Assembly: GCF_014638745.1 (NCBI RefSeq)
Contig: NZ_BMFO01000003.1
Location: 129,052-153,051, forward strand
Source of the DNA: Arenimonas maotaiensis
Lineage (GTDB): Bacteria; Pseudomonadota; Gammaproteobacteria; Xanthomonadales; Xanthomonadaceae
Direction of reading: 5' to 3'
DNA: 24,000 nt
Shown here: positions 5,901 through 14,868 of the stretch, piece by piece
How the letters are laid out: each line of letters begins with the position of its first letter
Position numbering within the stretch: position 1 is the stretch's first letter
Notes under the pieces: generated by a model
Told to the model about the DNA's origin: nothing
Database searches by the model: none
What the model saw: only the letters and a program-made list of their open reading frames with translations
Translations under genes and position numbers: made by a program

Positions 5901-8822
5901 TCACCAGCCCTCTTCCAGCACGCGTTCCAGCTGCGCCACGAAGAATTCCGCGTCGTCCTGCGTCAGGCACATAGGCGGCTTGATCTTCAGCACGTTGTTG
6001 CGCTCGCCGGTGGGCTGCACCACCACGCCGAGCTCGCGCAGGCGTTCGCAGATGGCGAAGCATTCGGCGCTGGCCGGTTCCAGGCTGTCGCGGTCGCGCA
6101 CCAGCTCCACGCCCTGGTACAGGCCCATGCCGTGCACCGCGCCGATCAGCGGGAAGCGCGCCTTCAATTCGGCGAAGCGCGCCAGCAGGAAGTCGCCGAC
6201 GCGCGCGGCGTTGGCCTGCAGGCCTTCGTCGCGGATCGCGTCCAGCACCGCCAAACCGGCCACGCACGAGGCCGGACTGCCGCCGGCCGAGGAGAACAGG
6301 CTGCCTTGCTTCTTGAACGCCTCGGCGATGGCGCGGGTGGTGATCACCGCGCCGAGCGGATAGCCGTTGCCCATGGCCTTGGCGATGGTGATCATGTCCG
6401 GCACCACGCCCTGGCCTTCATGCGCCCACCAGCGATGGCCGAGCCGGCCGTAGCCGACCTGCACTTCATCGGCGATGCACAGGCCGCCGTGCGCGCGCAC
6501 CGCGGCGTAGGCCGCGGCCAGGTAACCGTCCGGCAGTAGCACGCCGCCGGCGTTGCCGAATACCGGTTCGGCGATGAAGGCCGCCGGCGGCCGGCCGCGC
6601 GCGGCCAGGTCGTCGACCAAGGCGCGGAATTCGCTGGCGTAGCCGCTGGCCGCCTCCGCGCCGCGGAAACGGCCGCGGTAGGCGTTCGGTGCCGAGGCCA
6701 GATGCACCCAATCCGGGCGCGTGGCCAAGGCGTTGGGATTGTCGGCCACCGAGGTGGTGACCGCGTCCGACAGCAGGGTCCAGCCGTGGTATGCCTCGCG
6801 CACGGCCATCACGTCCATCCGGCCGGTGACGGTCTGCGCCATGCGCAAGGCCAGATCGACCGCCTCCGAGCCCGAATTCACCAACAGCACCGTGTCCAAC
6901 CCGGGCGGCGCCAGTTCCACCAGGCGCTCGCTGAGTTCGGCGATGGCGGCGTAATGGAAGCGCGAGTTGGTGTTGAGCGTCAGCAGCTGCCGGTGCACCG
7001 CTTCCGCCAGACGCGGATGGCCGTGGCCGATGGCGGCGACGTTGTTGACCATGTCCAGATAAGAGCGCGCGTCGCTGTCGACCAGATACTGCTTCCAGCC
7101 GCGCTCCATGCGCATCGGCTGGTGGTAATAGTGCACTTGCACGTCGGCGAACGTACCCTTGCGCCGCGCCAGCAGGCCGTCGGCATCGGCGTCCGGCGCC
7201 GCCAGCGCGCAACCCAGCAACGGCGAGGGATCCGGGCAGAGGCGCTGCCAAGCCGGCGCATGCACGCCATCGCTGAAGCGCGGCGCGGCCAAGGCATCGC
7301 TCAGGCAAACCTGCACCCGCAAGCCGCGGCCGTCGCTGCGGCCCAGATGCTGGCCGCGCGCCAAGGGCGTACCGACGGCAAGGTCGTGCTGCAGTCCGTC
7401 CACCCGGATGCGGCCGGCGGCGCTGTCCAGTGTCAACCCGGCGGCATCCGCCGCCACCACCCGGCAATCCAGCGGCGCCACGGCATCACTTTCGGCCGGC
7501 ACGCGGAAATCGATGCCGAGCGCGCAGGTCTGCGGCGCCTCGGCCGACAGCGCCGGCGTGCGCGTGAAGCGGAATTCGCCGTAACGGGTGGCGGCTGCGC
7601 CGGAACGCACGGCCGCTTTGGCCAGGATGCGGGCATCGCTCTGGGGTTGCAGCCATTGCCCGGCGTGCAAGGCCTCGCTGGTACTGGACAGGTCCACCGC
7701 GTCGAAGTGGGTGATGCCGGGGAACAGCGGCGTGCAGCCGGCCAGCACGGCGCGCATGGCCTGCTGTTCCGGCGTGGGCTCACGGCCGAGCGCCGCGCGC
7801 AATGCGGCGTCGGCCACGGCGAACGGCACCGAGGCCGCGACTTCGAACAGGCGCCATTCGTTTTCGATCGGCTCCAGCACCGAGGGATTGTCCGGATCGA
7901 GCTTGGCCTGATGTTCGCCGCTGACCACCAACGCGCCGCCGCGCAACACCATCAGCGGCCAGAACGCCGCGATCTCGGCATCGGTCAGCGGCACATGCCG
8001 GTCGAACGCGCGCACCGCATGCAGGATTGCCAGCGGCGCCTCCGGCCGGTGATGCAGCACCGAGGAGCAGGTGATGGCGAGTTCGCCGATGCGCCAGGTG
8101 CGGGTCAGGTCGCCGAGGTCGATGATGCCGTCGGGCCGGATGCGGCCGGCTTGGTCACGCGGGCCCACCACGTTGTCGTCGGTGATGTCGCCGTGGATGG
8201 CCTGCATCGGCAGCAGCGGCTTGAGCGGCGCCAGCGCGCGTTCGGCGGCGGCGGCCGCCGCCAGCACCGTGTCGCGCCGGTCCGCGCTGCGGATATCGGG
8301 GTGCAGGCGCGCGATCACCTCCTCGGCGTGGCGTAGATCCCATTGCACCACGCGCTCCAGTCCGGGATGGTCGAAATCGGCCAAGGCCGCGCAGGTACGG
8401 CCGGATACCTCGCCCAGGTCGGCGATGACCTCCGGCGCCAGGTAGCCGACGCCGGTCAGCGGCCGGCCTTCCACATACGACAGCAGGCGCACCAGCAAGC
8501 GGTCGTCGCCGACCGGGTATTCGCGGATTTCCACGCCGGCGGCGTCGGCGAACGGTACCGGCGCCTTCAGCCCGGGATCCTTGCGCGTCAAATGGCGCAT
8601 GGCGGCATGCTGGGCCTCCAGCGTGTCGCGGCCCCAGCTGCGGTTGGCGACTTTCAGCACCCGCGGCCCGGCGGCGGTATCGATGCGGAAATTGCGGTCC
8701 TGCGAGCTGCCCAGCTCGCGCACCGGCCCTTCCGCGCCGAACAGCTCACGGCCGATGCGGGCGGCCAAGGTGTCGTCGACGGGCGGACGGGGGGAGATGG
8801 CGATGCGGTTTTCGGTGTCCAT
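5901..8822 (-). CDS. Three-part fusion: APH/hydroxylysine-kinase-like phosphotransferase + degenerate M23-like segment + class-III (AGXT2L/phospho-lyase-like) PLP aminotransferase, 973 aa
   Basis: Kinase catalytic loop HGDITDDN at nt 8172-8195, followed by IIDLGD. The mid segment (aa ~430-510) has an M23-like spacing (GIDF…APLDCRVVA…VGTPLARGQHLG) but lacks the His ligands. The C-terminal 410 aa carry class-III aminotransferase motifs (LVNSGSEA, ADEVQVGYGR). The PLP lysine is in ITIAKAMGNGYP, codon 6378-6380. Confidence 0.85.
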   Translation of the reverse strand: MDTENRIAISPRPPVDDTLAARIGRELFGAEGPVRELGSSQDRNFRIDTAAGPRVLKVANRSWGRDTLEAQHAAMRHLTRKDPGLKAPVPFADAAGVEIREYPVGDDRLLVRLLSYVEGRPLTGVGYLAPEVIADLGEVSGRTCAALADFDHPGLERVVQWDLRHAEEVIARLHPDIRSADRRDTVLAAAAAAERALAPLKPLLPMQAIHGDITDDNVVGPRDQAGRIRPDGIIDLGDLTRTWRIGELAITCSSVLHHRPEAPLAILHAVRAFDRHVPLTDAEIAAFWPLMVLRGGALVVSGEHQAKLDPDNPSVLEPIENEWRLFEVAASVPFAVADAALRAALGREPTPEQQAMRAVLAGCTPLFPGITHFDAVDLSSTSEALHAGQWLQPQSDARILAKAAVRSGAAATRYGEFRFTRTPALSAEAPQTCALGIDFRVPAESDAVAPLDCRVVAADAAGLTLDSAAGRIRVDGLQHDLAVGTPLARGQHLGRSDGRGLRVQVCLSDALAAPRFSDGVHAPAWQRLCPDPSPLLGCALAAPDADADGLLARRKGTFADVQVHYYHQPMRMERGWKQYLVDSDARSYLDMVNNVAAIGHGHPRLAEAVHRQLLTLNTNSRFHYAAIAELSERLVELAPPGLDTVLLVNSGSEAVDLALRMAQTVTGRMDVMAVREAYHGWTLLSDAVTTSVADNPNALATRPDWVHLASAPNAYRGRFRGAEAASGYASEFRALVDDLAARGRPPAAFIAEPVFGNAGGVLLPDGYLAAAYAAVRAHGGLCIADEVQVGYGRLGHRWWAHEGQGVVPDMITIAKAMGNGYPLGAVITTRAIAEAFKKQGSLFSSAGGSPASCVAGLAVLDAIRDEGLQANAARVGDFLLARFAELKARFPLIGAVHGMGLYQGVELVRDRDSLEPASAECFAICERLRELGVVVQPTGERNNVLKIKPPMCLTQDDAEFFVAQLERVLEEGW

Positions 8823-8944
8823 GCGCGGCGGATTCTGTCGGCGGGTCGGCGATTCGGGGTCATCGGCATTCTATCGCAGGCGCTCCAGGCCGCGATATGC
8901 CGTTACACTATGCGCTGGGGAAAGCCGTTCCGGAGTGATTGCGG

Positions 8945-11884
8945 ATGCTGCGTTTAGCTTGGGTCTTGTTGGCGCTGATGGCGTTCGGCAGCGGCATGTC
9001 GTGCGGCGCGGCGCGGGAACCCATTTCCGAATATTCCCGTGCCACCTGGAGCACCCGCAACGGCCTGCCGCACAACCAGGTCAACGCCATCGCGCAGACG
9101 CCGGACGGCTACCTGTGGTTCGCCACCTGGGAAGGCCTGGTGCGCTACAACGGCCAGGACTTCCGCATCTTCGGCCCATCCAACACCCCGGCGTTGAAGG
9201 ATAACGGCATCCGCCGGGTGACCGTCAGCCCGCGCGGCAGTTTGGTGGTGTCCACTTCGCGCGGCGGCGTCGCCGTCCACCGCCAAGGCCGCTGGCTGCA
9301 CTACGGCCATACCCAGGGTCTCGCGCAGGAGGACATTTCCGATGCCTTCGAAGACGGCAAGGGCGGCCTGTGGGTGGCCTACGAGCGCGACGGCCTGACG
9401 TACATCGCGCCGGACGGCAATGCCGTGCGCTGGGGCGCCGAACAAGGCGTGCCCGAAGGACGCGTCTACATGGTGAAAGCCGATCGCCAGAACGTCATCT
9501 GGGCGGCCACCGGTAGCGGTCTGATCCGGCTCGAGAACGGCCGCGCGCGCCTGTTCGACGGCGGCGCCACGCCCACCGGCGCCGTGTATGCCGTGGCCGA
9601 CGCGCCCGGCGGCGGATTGTATCTGGGCGCCCAGCGCGGCCTGTTCCTGATCCGCGACGGCGCGGTGCGCAATCTGGCCGCGCCCGGCGATGCCGTGGTC
9701 AGCCTGCAGCCCGACGGCGCCACCGGCGTCTGGTTCGGTACCGTCAACAAGGGCCTGCGCCGCTACGGTCCGGCCGGTCTCGAAGTGCTCGATACCGACA
9801 ACGGAATGCCCAACAACAACGTGCGTTCGCTGTTCATGGACCGCGAAGGCAGCCTGTGGGCCGGCACCAGCAACGGCCTGATCCGCTTCGCCGATCTGCC
9901 GTTCACCTCCATCGACCGCAACCGCGGCCTGCGCGACAACTACGTGCGGACCCTGCTGAAACGGCCGGACGGCAGCATCATGATCGGCACCGCGCGCGGC
10001 CTGAGCCGTTTCGAAGGCGGCCGCGTCAGTCCGGTCAACGGCGACTTGAGCGTGGAGAGCGAGGCGGTCCTGAGCTTGGCCAACGCCAGCGACGGCAGCA
10101 TGTGGATCGGTATGTATTCCACCGGCCTGTTGAACTGGAAGGACGGCAAGGTGCGCGAACGCATGGCCGAGGACAGCCCGCTGTTCGGTTCCCAGGTGCG
10201 CGCCATCCTCGAAGACCGCGCGGGCAATCTCTGGGTCGGCACCTCGCGCGGGCTGTTCCGCAAGCGCGGCGCCGAGGTCGCGCGCATCGGCGAGGACAAG
10301 GGACTGCCGGTCGAGTACGTGATGGCGCTGCACGAGGCCCGCGACGGCCGTATCTGGGTCGGCACCACGGCCGGCCTGGTCTATATCGAAAACGGCGTCG
10401 TCAACAGCCTGCCGATTTCCCGCTTCGACGATGCCGCCGACGTGTACGCCTTCCACGAAGACGACGACGGCACCCTGTGGATCACCACCGACCGCGGCGT
10501 ATTGCGCCTGCGCGACGGGCGGCTGGCCGCGGTCAATGCCCGCCACGGCTTGCCGGTGTCCTCCATTTTCGAAATCATCACCGACCGCTCCGGCAACTTC
10601 TGGCTGACCTCCAACCGCGGCGTGATCTACGCCGCCCGCGCCGAGATGGAGGCGGTCGCCGACGGCCGCGCGCCGCGTCTGCAGACGGTGCGTTTCTCCG
10701 AGGCCGACGGCATGGGCAGCGCCCAATGCAACGGCACCTCCGGGCCGGCCGCGCTGCGCGACGACGACGGCAGCATCTGGGTCGCCACCGCCGACGGCGT
10801 GGCCGTGGTGCAGCCGAACGAGCTTTCACGGCACCAGATCACCCCGCCGCCGGCCTTGATCGAAACCCTGATGGTCGACGACCGCAATGTACCGCTGGCC
10901 TCGCCGATCCGCCTGCCTGCCGGTTCGCGCAAGGTCGAGCTGTTCTTCGCCAGCCTGCTGTTCCGCTCGTCGGACCAGATCCAGTACCGTTACCGCCTGG
11001 ACGGCTTCGAGGACGAGTGGATCTACCGCGACCGCCTGCGCAACGTCCAGTTCACCAACCTGCCGCCCGGCCGTTACGTGTTCCGCGTCAGCGCCTCGGT
11101 GCACGGCGGCGACTGGAGCGAGGGCGGCGAAGGGCTCGCCTTCGAAATCCTGCCCAAGCTCCACCAGCGGGCCTGGTTCTATCCGTCGGTCGCGGCGCTG
11201 GCGCTGCTGGTGGTGTTCGTGCTGTTCCGCTTCCGGCTGAGCCAGCTGCGCCGGCGCGAGGCCGAGCTCAGCGCCACGGTGGACGAGCGCACGCGCGCGC
11301 TGCACGAGAAGAACATCGAGCTGGAGCAGCTGAACCAGCAGATCAGCCGGCAATCGGCGGCATTCGCGCAGCAGGCCCGCACCGACGCGCTGACCGGCCT
11401 GTCGAACCGCCGCAGCCTGGACGAGAAGCTGCAGAACCGGCTGGCCGCCGCCATCGCCGCGCATCAGCCGCTCTGTTTCGCGCTGCTCGACATCGACCAC
11501 TTCAAGCGCGTCAACGACACCTGGTCGCATGACGCCGGCGACCAGGCCCTGTGCCGCGTCGCCGAGACCATCCGGCGCGAACTCGGTTCGGTGTTCCAGG
11601 GCCGCTGGCGCGGCAGCGACCTGTGCGGCCGTTGGGGCGGCGAGGAGTTCGCGCTGATCCTGCCGGACCGCGACGCCGCGTCGGCATTGGCGATCTGCGA
11701 GCGCCTGCGCGCGGCGGTCGAGGCCATCGACTGTTCCGGCTTCGCGCCGGGCCTGACCTTGACGGTCAGCATCGGCCTGGCCGAACGCGGGGACATCAGC
11801 CATCACGAAAAGCTGGTGTCGAAGGCCGACACCAACCTGTATCTGGCCAAGAACGGCGGCCGCAACCGCGTCTGCGGTTCGTAG
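8945..11884 (+). CDS. Sensor diguanylate cyclase: signal peptide, periplasmic two-component-regulator-propeller repeats + Y_Y_Y-type domain, one TM helix, coiled coil, GGDEF domain
   Basis: Many repeats of the type G(L/V)xxxxVxxIxxDxxGxLW(I/V)(G/A)T. TM helix AWFYPSVAALALLVVFVLFRF at nt ~11171-11233. GGEEF at 11636-11650, with an RxxD I-site (RGSD) at 11609-11620. I prefer ATG 8945 over the track's TTG 8939. Confidence 0.9.
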   Translation: MLRLAWVLLALMAFGSGMSCGAAREPISEYSRATWSTRNGLPHNQVNAIAQTPDGYLWFATWEGLVRYNGQDFRIFGPSNTPALKDNGIRRVTVSPRGSLVVSTSRGGVAVHRQGRWLHYGHTQGLAQEDISDAFEDGKGGLWVAYERDGLTYIAPDGNAVRWGAEQGVPEGRVYMVKADRQNVIWAATGSGLIRLENGRARLFDGGATPTGAVYAVADAPGGGLYLGAQRGLFLIRDGAVRNLAAPGDAVVSLQPDGATGVWFGTVNKGLRRYGPAGLEVLDTDNGMPNNNVRSLFMDREGSLWAGTSNGLIRFADLPFTSIDRNRGLRDNYVRTLLKRPDGSIMIGTARGLSRFEGGRVSPVNGDLSVESEAVLSLANASDGSMWIGMYSTGLLNWKDGKVRERMAEDSPLFGSQVRAILEDRAGNLWVGTSRGLFRKRGAEVARIGEDKGLPVEYVMALHEARDGRIWVGTTAGLVYIENGVVNSLPISRFDDAADVYAFHEDDDGTLWITTDRGVLRLRDGRLAAVNARHGLPVSSIFEIITDRSGNFWLTSNRGVIYAARAEMEAVADGRAPRLQTVRFSEADGMGSAQCNGTSGPAALRDDDGSIWVATADGVAVVQPNELSRHQITPPPALIETLMVDDRNVPLASPIRLPAGSRKVELFFASLLFRSSDQIQYRYRLDGFEDEWIYRDRLRNVQFTNLPPGRYVFRVSASVHGGDWSEGGEGLAFEILPKLHQRAWFYPSVAALALLVVFVLFRFRLSQLRRREAELSATVDERTRALHEKNIELEQLNQQISRQSAAFAQQARTDALTGLSNRRSLDEKLQNRLAAAIAAHQPLCFALLDIDHFKRVNDTWSHDAGDQALCRVAETIRRELGSVFQGRWRGSDLCGRWGGEEFALILPDRDAASALAICERLRAAVEAIDCSGFAPGLTLTVSIGLAERGDISHHEKLVSKADTNLYLAKNGGRNRVCGS

Positions 11885-11896
11885 GTTCCCGCCGGT

Positions 11897-12895
11897 TCAG
11901 TCGGCCGGCGGCGGCACGGCTTCGGCCGCCGTGTAGAACGCCACCAGCGCGCGCATCTCCTCCGCGCTGTAGGTGGTTTCCATTTTCCGGCGTGCGGCCT
12001 GGCCCAGCGCGGCGCGCAGATCCGGATCGTCCTTCAGCGCCAACAGCATCGCCGCCGCCTGTTCGCGGGTGTCGAACAGCAGACCGTCGGTGCCGTGCTC
12101 GATCCACTCGGCGTAGCCACCGCGCCGGTGCGCCACCACCGGGATGCCGCAGGCCATGGCTTCCATCACCACGCGCCCGGACGGCTCGACGCGCGCGTCG
12201 CTGCTGCGGAAATAGAAACAGTCCAGATGGCGCAGGAAGGCCTCCGGCGGCTCATGGCCGGCGGGCATCAGTTCGATCCCCGGCGTTTCGGCGAGTTGCG
12301 GCGCCAGCACCATGCCGCCCATGATGCGGACATGGCAGCCGCGTTGCGCCAGATGGCGGTACAGCGCGATGTCCGGCGCGTGGTGCTTGTCGGCGGTATC
12401 GCGCGACAGGCGGCCGATGCGGAACGCGCCGGGCGCCCGTTCGGATATCGGCCGGAAGCGCGTGAGGTCGATCGGCGAGGCATGCACGAAACCGGGCACG
12501 CCCACGGCGTCGCGCATCCAGGCCGCGGCATATACCATCTCGATGCGCGCGCCGAGCGCCGACAGCGCGATGGCGGTGGCGGTCAGGCGCCTGGGCGTCG
12601 GCGTGTTGTACAGCAGCACGGTGCGCCGGGCATGCGATGCCCGGAGCCAGTCGCCCGGAACCCGGTAGCAGCCGATGAACAGCAGGGTGCCGCCTTGCGG
12701 CAGCGATCCCGCCGCCGGATCGATGCGCTGCACCGGTACATAACGGCACAGCTCCGGATCCGGCGTGCTTTCGGACCAGATGCGCACATCGGCATGCGGC
12801 GCCAGCAGGCGGTACAGCTCGATGGTCCGCCACTCGCTGCCGCCGACCGCGTTCTCCATCGGGTTGATCAGGTGGATCACCGGTTTTTCCGTCAT
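11897..12895 (-). CDS. GT-B fold glycosyltransferase (family 1/4-like), 332 aa
   Basis: Only the C-terminal 332 aa of listed ORF 11897..14227 look real. They start at ATG 12893-12895 (MTEKPVIHLINP…). The E-x7-E motif EPSGRVVMEAMACGIPVV is present. The upstream 444 aa are Arg/Pro-rich and lie out of frame over the permease gene. An alternative start 18 nt upstream (MDAGAM…) cannot be excluded. Confidence 0.8.
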   Translation of the reverse strand: MTEKPVIHLINPMENAVGGSEWRTIELYRLLAPHADVRIWSESTPDPELCRYVPVQRIDPAAGSLPQGGTLLFIGCYRVPGDWLRASHARRTVLLYNTPTPRRLTATAIALSALGARIEMVYAAAWMRDAVGVPGFVHASPIDLTRFRPISERAPGAFRIGRLSRDTADKHHAPDIALYRHLAQRGCHVRIMGGMVLAPQLAETPGIELMPAGHEPPEAFLRHLDCFYFRSSDARVEPSGRVVMEAMACGIPVVAHRRGGYAEWIEHGTDGLLFDTREQAAAMLLALKDDPDLRAALGQAARRKMETTYSAEEMRALVAFYTAAEAVPPPAD

Positions 12896-12948
12896 TGCGC
12901 CTGCGTCCATGATGCCGTCGTCGTTAGTGTAGCCGCATCCGCTGAGCC

Positions 12949-14115
12949 TCAGCCCGAGACCGCCAGCTTCTCGTCGTGGTAACGGCGGGCCGCCAACCAC
13001 CACAGCACGGCGCCGAGGCCGAAGCCCGCGGCCAGATACACCGCCCATTCGGCGGACGAGACGCTTTCCGAACGCACGATCTTCAGGATCAGCTGGTTCT
13101 GCGACAGGAACGGCACCGCGAACTGCCAGAGCTGGTTCTTGATCGGATTGACCATCAGCACCACGGTCGGGATGATCGGCAGCATCATCAGCGCGCTCAT
13201 GTAGCTCTGCGCCTCCTTCACGCTCTTGGCGCCGGCGGCGATCAGGGTCAGCAGGCAGGTGCCGATCAGCACGATCGGCAGCAGCACCACCAGGATCTGG
13301 CCGACCGCGGCCCAGCCCATGCCCAGCTTCAGGCCCATGGCGCCGGCCACGACGAAGCTGCCCTTGAATGCCAGCAGCGTCAGCACCAGGCTGAACATGC
13401 CGAACACGCAGGCCGCCGCGATCTTGCCGCTCATGATCGCGCCGCGTGCGGCCGGCGTGGCCAGCAGCGGCTCCAAGGATTGCCGTTCGCGCTCGCCGGC
13501 GGTGGCGTCGATCACCAGATAGGCGCCGCCCAGGAAGCCGGACAGGATCAGCAGATAGGGCAGGAACGCCAAGGCCTGGCCGATGCGGCTTTCCGGCGTG
13601 GCCAAGTCCTTGCGTTCCACCAACACCGCCTGCCCCGCCGACGGACTGACGCCGCGCGCCAGCAGACGCAGGGCGCCGGCGCTGCGGCTGTAGTTGTCCA
13701 GCAATGCGTTCAGGCGTTCGGTCGGGATGCGGGCGTCGTCGCGCGAGCTGTCGCTGATGACCTCCACCGGCGCCGGTTCGCCGGCCCGCCATTTTTCGGC
13801 GTAGTCGGCGGGAATCGACAGGATGACCTCGACGTTCTGCGCCGCGATCTCGCCCTCCGGGTTGGCCGGCGCCGGCTTGATCAGCACATTGCGGCCGGAT
13901 AGCCAGTTGATCAGGTTCGGCGCGCGTTCGGCGCCGATCACCGGCAGCTCCAGCGGCTTCTCCAATTGGGTCGACATGCGGTTGTTGGCCAGCTTGGCCA
14001 TGCCCAGGATCAGCAGCGGCGCCAGCAGGGTGAATGCCAACGAGATGGCGATGGTCTTGCGGTCGCGGAACAGGTCGAGCAGTTCCTTGCGCATCACGGT
14101 GATGAGTGCGTTCAT
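12949..14115 (-). CDS. ABC-2-type transporter permease, NatB-like (large extracytoplasmic loop after TM1), 388 aa
   Basis: True start is ATG 14113-14115 (MNALITVMRKELLDLFRDRKT…), which overlaps the ATPase stop as ATGA. One N-terminal TM helix, a hydrophilic loop of about 190 aa, then five or six hydrophobic helices. The listed ORF 12949..14298 is over-extended. Confidence 0.85.
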   Translation of the reverse strand: MNALITVMRKELLDLFRDRKTIAISLAFTLLAPLLILGMAKLANNRMSTQLEKPLELPVIGAERAPNLINWLSGRNVLIKPAPANPEGEIAAQNVEVILSIPADYAEKWRAGEPAPVEVISDSSRDDARIPTERLNALLDNYSRSAGALRLLARGVSPSAGQAVLVERKDLATPESRIGQALAFLPYLLILSGFLGGAYLVIDATAGERERQSLEPLLATPAARGAIMSGKIAAACVFGMFSLVLTLLAFKGSFVVAGAMGLKLGMGWAAVGQILVVLLPIVLIGTCLLTLIAAGAKSVKEAQSYMSALMMLPIIPTVVLMVNPIKNQLWQFAVPFLSQNQLILKIVRSESVSSAEWAVYLAAGFGLGAVLWWLAARRYHDEKLAVSG

Positions 14116-14858
14116 GCGTGGAAACCCTCCTCGCTGCCGATGATCTTGACGAAGGCCTCTTCCAGGTTGGCCTCCCCGGTCTGCGCGCGCAGTTCGTCGG
14201 CCGTGCCGTCGGCCATGACCTTGCCATGCGCGATCACCACGATGCGGTCGCACAGCGCGGCGACCTCCTGCATGATGTGGCTGGAGAAGATGACGCACCG
14301 TCCTTCGGCCTTCAGCTGCTTGAGGAACTCGCGCAGGGCGCGCGTGGTCATCACGTCCAGGCCGTTGGTCGGTTCGTCCAGGATCACGTTTTTCGGATCA
14401 TGGATCAGCGCGCGCGCGATCGCGGTCTTGGTGCGTTGGCCCTGCGAGAAGCCTTCGCACTGGCGGTCGAGGATGTCCTCCATGCCCAGCGACGCGGCCA
14501 GGCGGGCGATGCCCTGGTCGATGGCGGCCTCGGTCATGCCGTGCAGGCGGCCGAAGTAGCGGATGTTCTCGCGCGCGGTCAGGCGTTTGTACACGCCGCG
14601 GGCGTCCGGCAGCACGCCCAGGCGCGCGCGCACGTCGCCGGCGTGGGTGTCGGGCGAGAAGCCGTCGACCGCGATGCGGCCGGCGTCCGGCGACATCAGG
14701 GTATACAGCATGCGCAGGGTGGTGGTCTTGCCGGCGCCGTTCGGGCCGAGCAGGCCGGTGATCTCCCCGTCGCGGGCGTGGAAGCCCACGCCTTGGACGG
14801 CATGCACCGTTCCGGTCTTGGTGGTGAAGCGTTTATGCAAATCGGTGACGTCGATCAT
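14112..14858 (-). CDS. ABC transporter ATP-binding protein (NatA-like)
   Basis: Walker A GPNGAGKTT. Signature-like FSQGQRTK. Walker B VILDEPTNGLD. H-loop SSHIM. ATG at 14856-14858, 10 nt after the hydrolase stop, with a GAGGAA ribosome-binding site. Confidence 0.95.
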   Translation of the reverse strand: MIDVTDLHKRFTTKTGTVHAVQGVGFHARDGEITGLLGPNGAGKTTTLRMLYTLMSPDAGRIAVDGFSPDTHAGDVRARLGVLPDARGVYKRLTARENIRYFGRLHGMTEAAIDQGIARLAASLGMEDILDRQCEGFSQGQRTKTAIARALIHDPKNVILDEPTNGLDVMTTRALREFLKQLKAEGRCVIFSSHIMQEVAALCDRIVVIAHGKVMADGTADELRAQTGEANLEEAFVKIIGSEEGFHA

Positions 14859-14868
14859 GTCGGTTTCC

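Noticed and set aside
6702-8336. 544-aa plus-strand ORF, plus 6466..7467 (-), 8343..8957 (+) and 8581..9204 (+)
   Set aside because: These are shadow frames over the 973-aa fusion gene. They are Arg/Gly/Ala/His-rich, carry no motifs, and show no independent ribosome-binding site or start context.
8954-11806. Long ORFs 8954..10726 (-, 590 aa), 9856..11532 (+, 558 aa) and 10826..11806 (-, 326 aa)
   Set aside because: They overlap the sensor diguanylate cyclase gene, whose repeats and GGEEF/RxxD motifs fix the true frame. The translations are Arg/Pro/Gly/Ala runs.
11889-11911. GC-rich hairpin CCGCCGG-N9-CCGGCGG in the 12-nt gap between the convergent cyclase and glycosyltransferase genes as a bidirectional terminator
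   Set aside because: The stem is only 7 bp with a 9-nt loop. It overlaps the glycosyltransferase stop and 3' coding sequence. No U-tract follows on either strand. Such inverted repeats occur by chance at this GC content.
11897-14298. N-terminal extensions of listed ORFs 11897..14227 (776 aa) and 12949..14298 (449 aa). The same applies to 1244..1993, 14869..16719 and 21334..21960.
   Set aside because: The extensions are Arg/Pro-rich, overlap the preceding real gene in another frame, and precede internal ATG or GTG codons. Those internal starts have ribosome-binding sites, begin with signal peptides or family-typical N-termini, and give compact ATGA/GTGA couplings.
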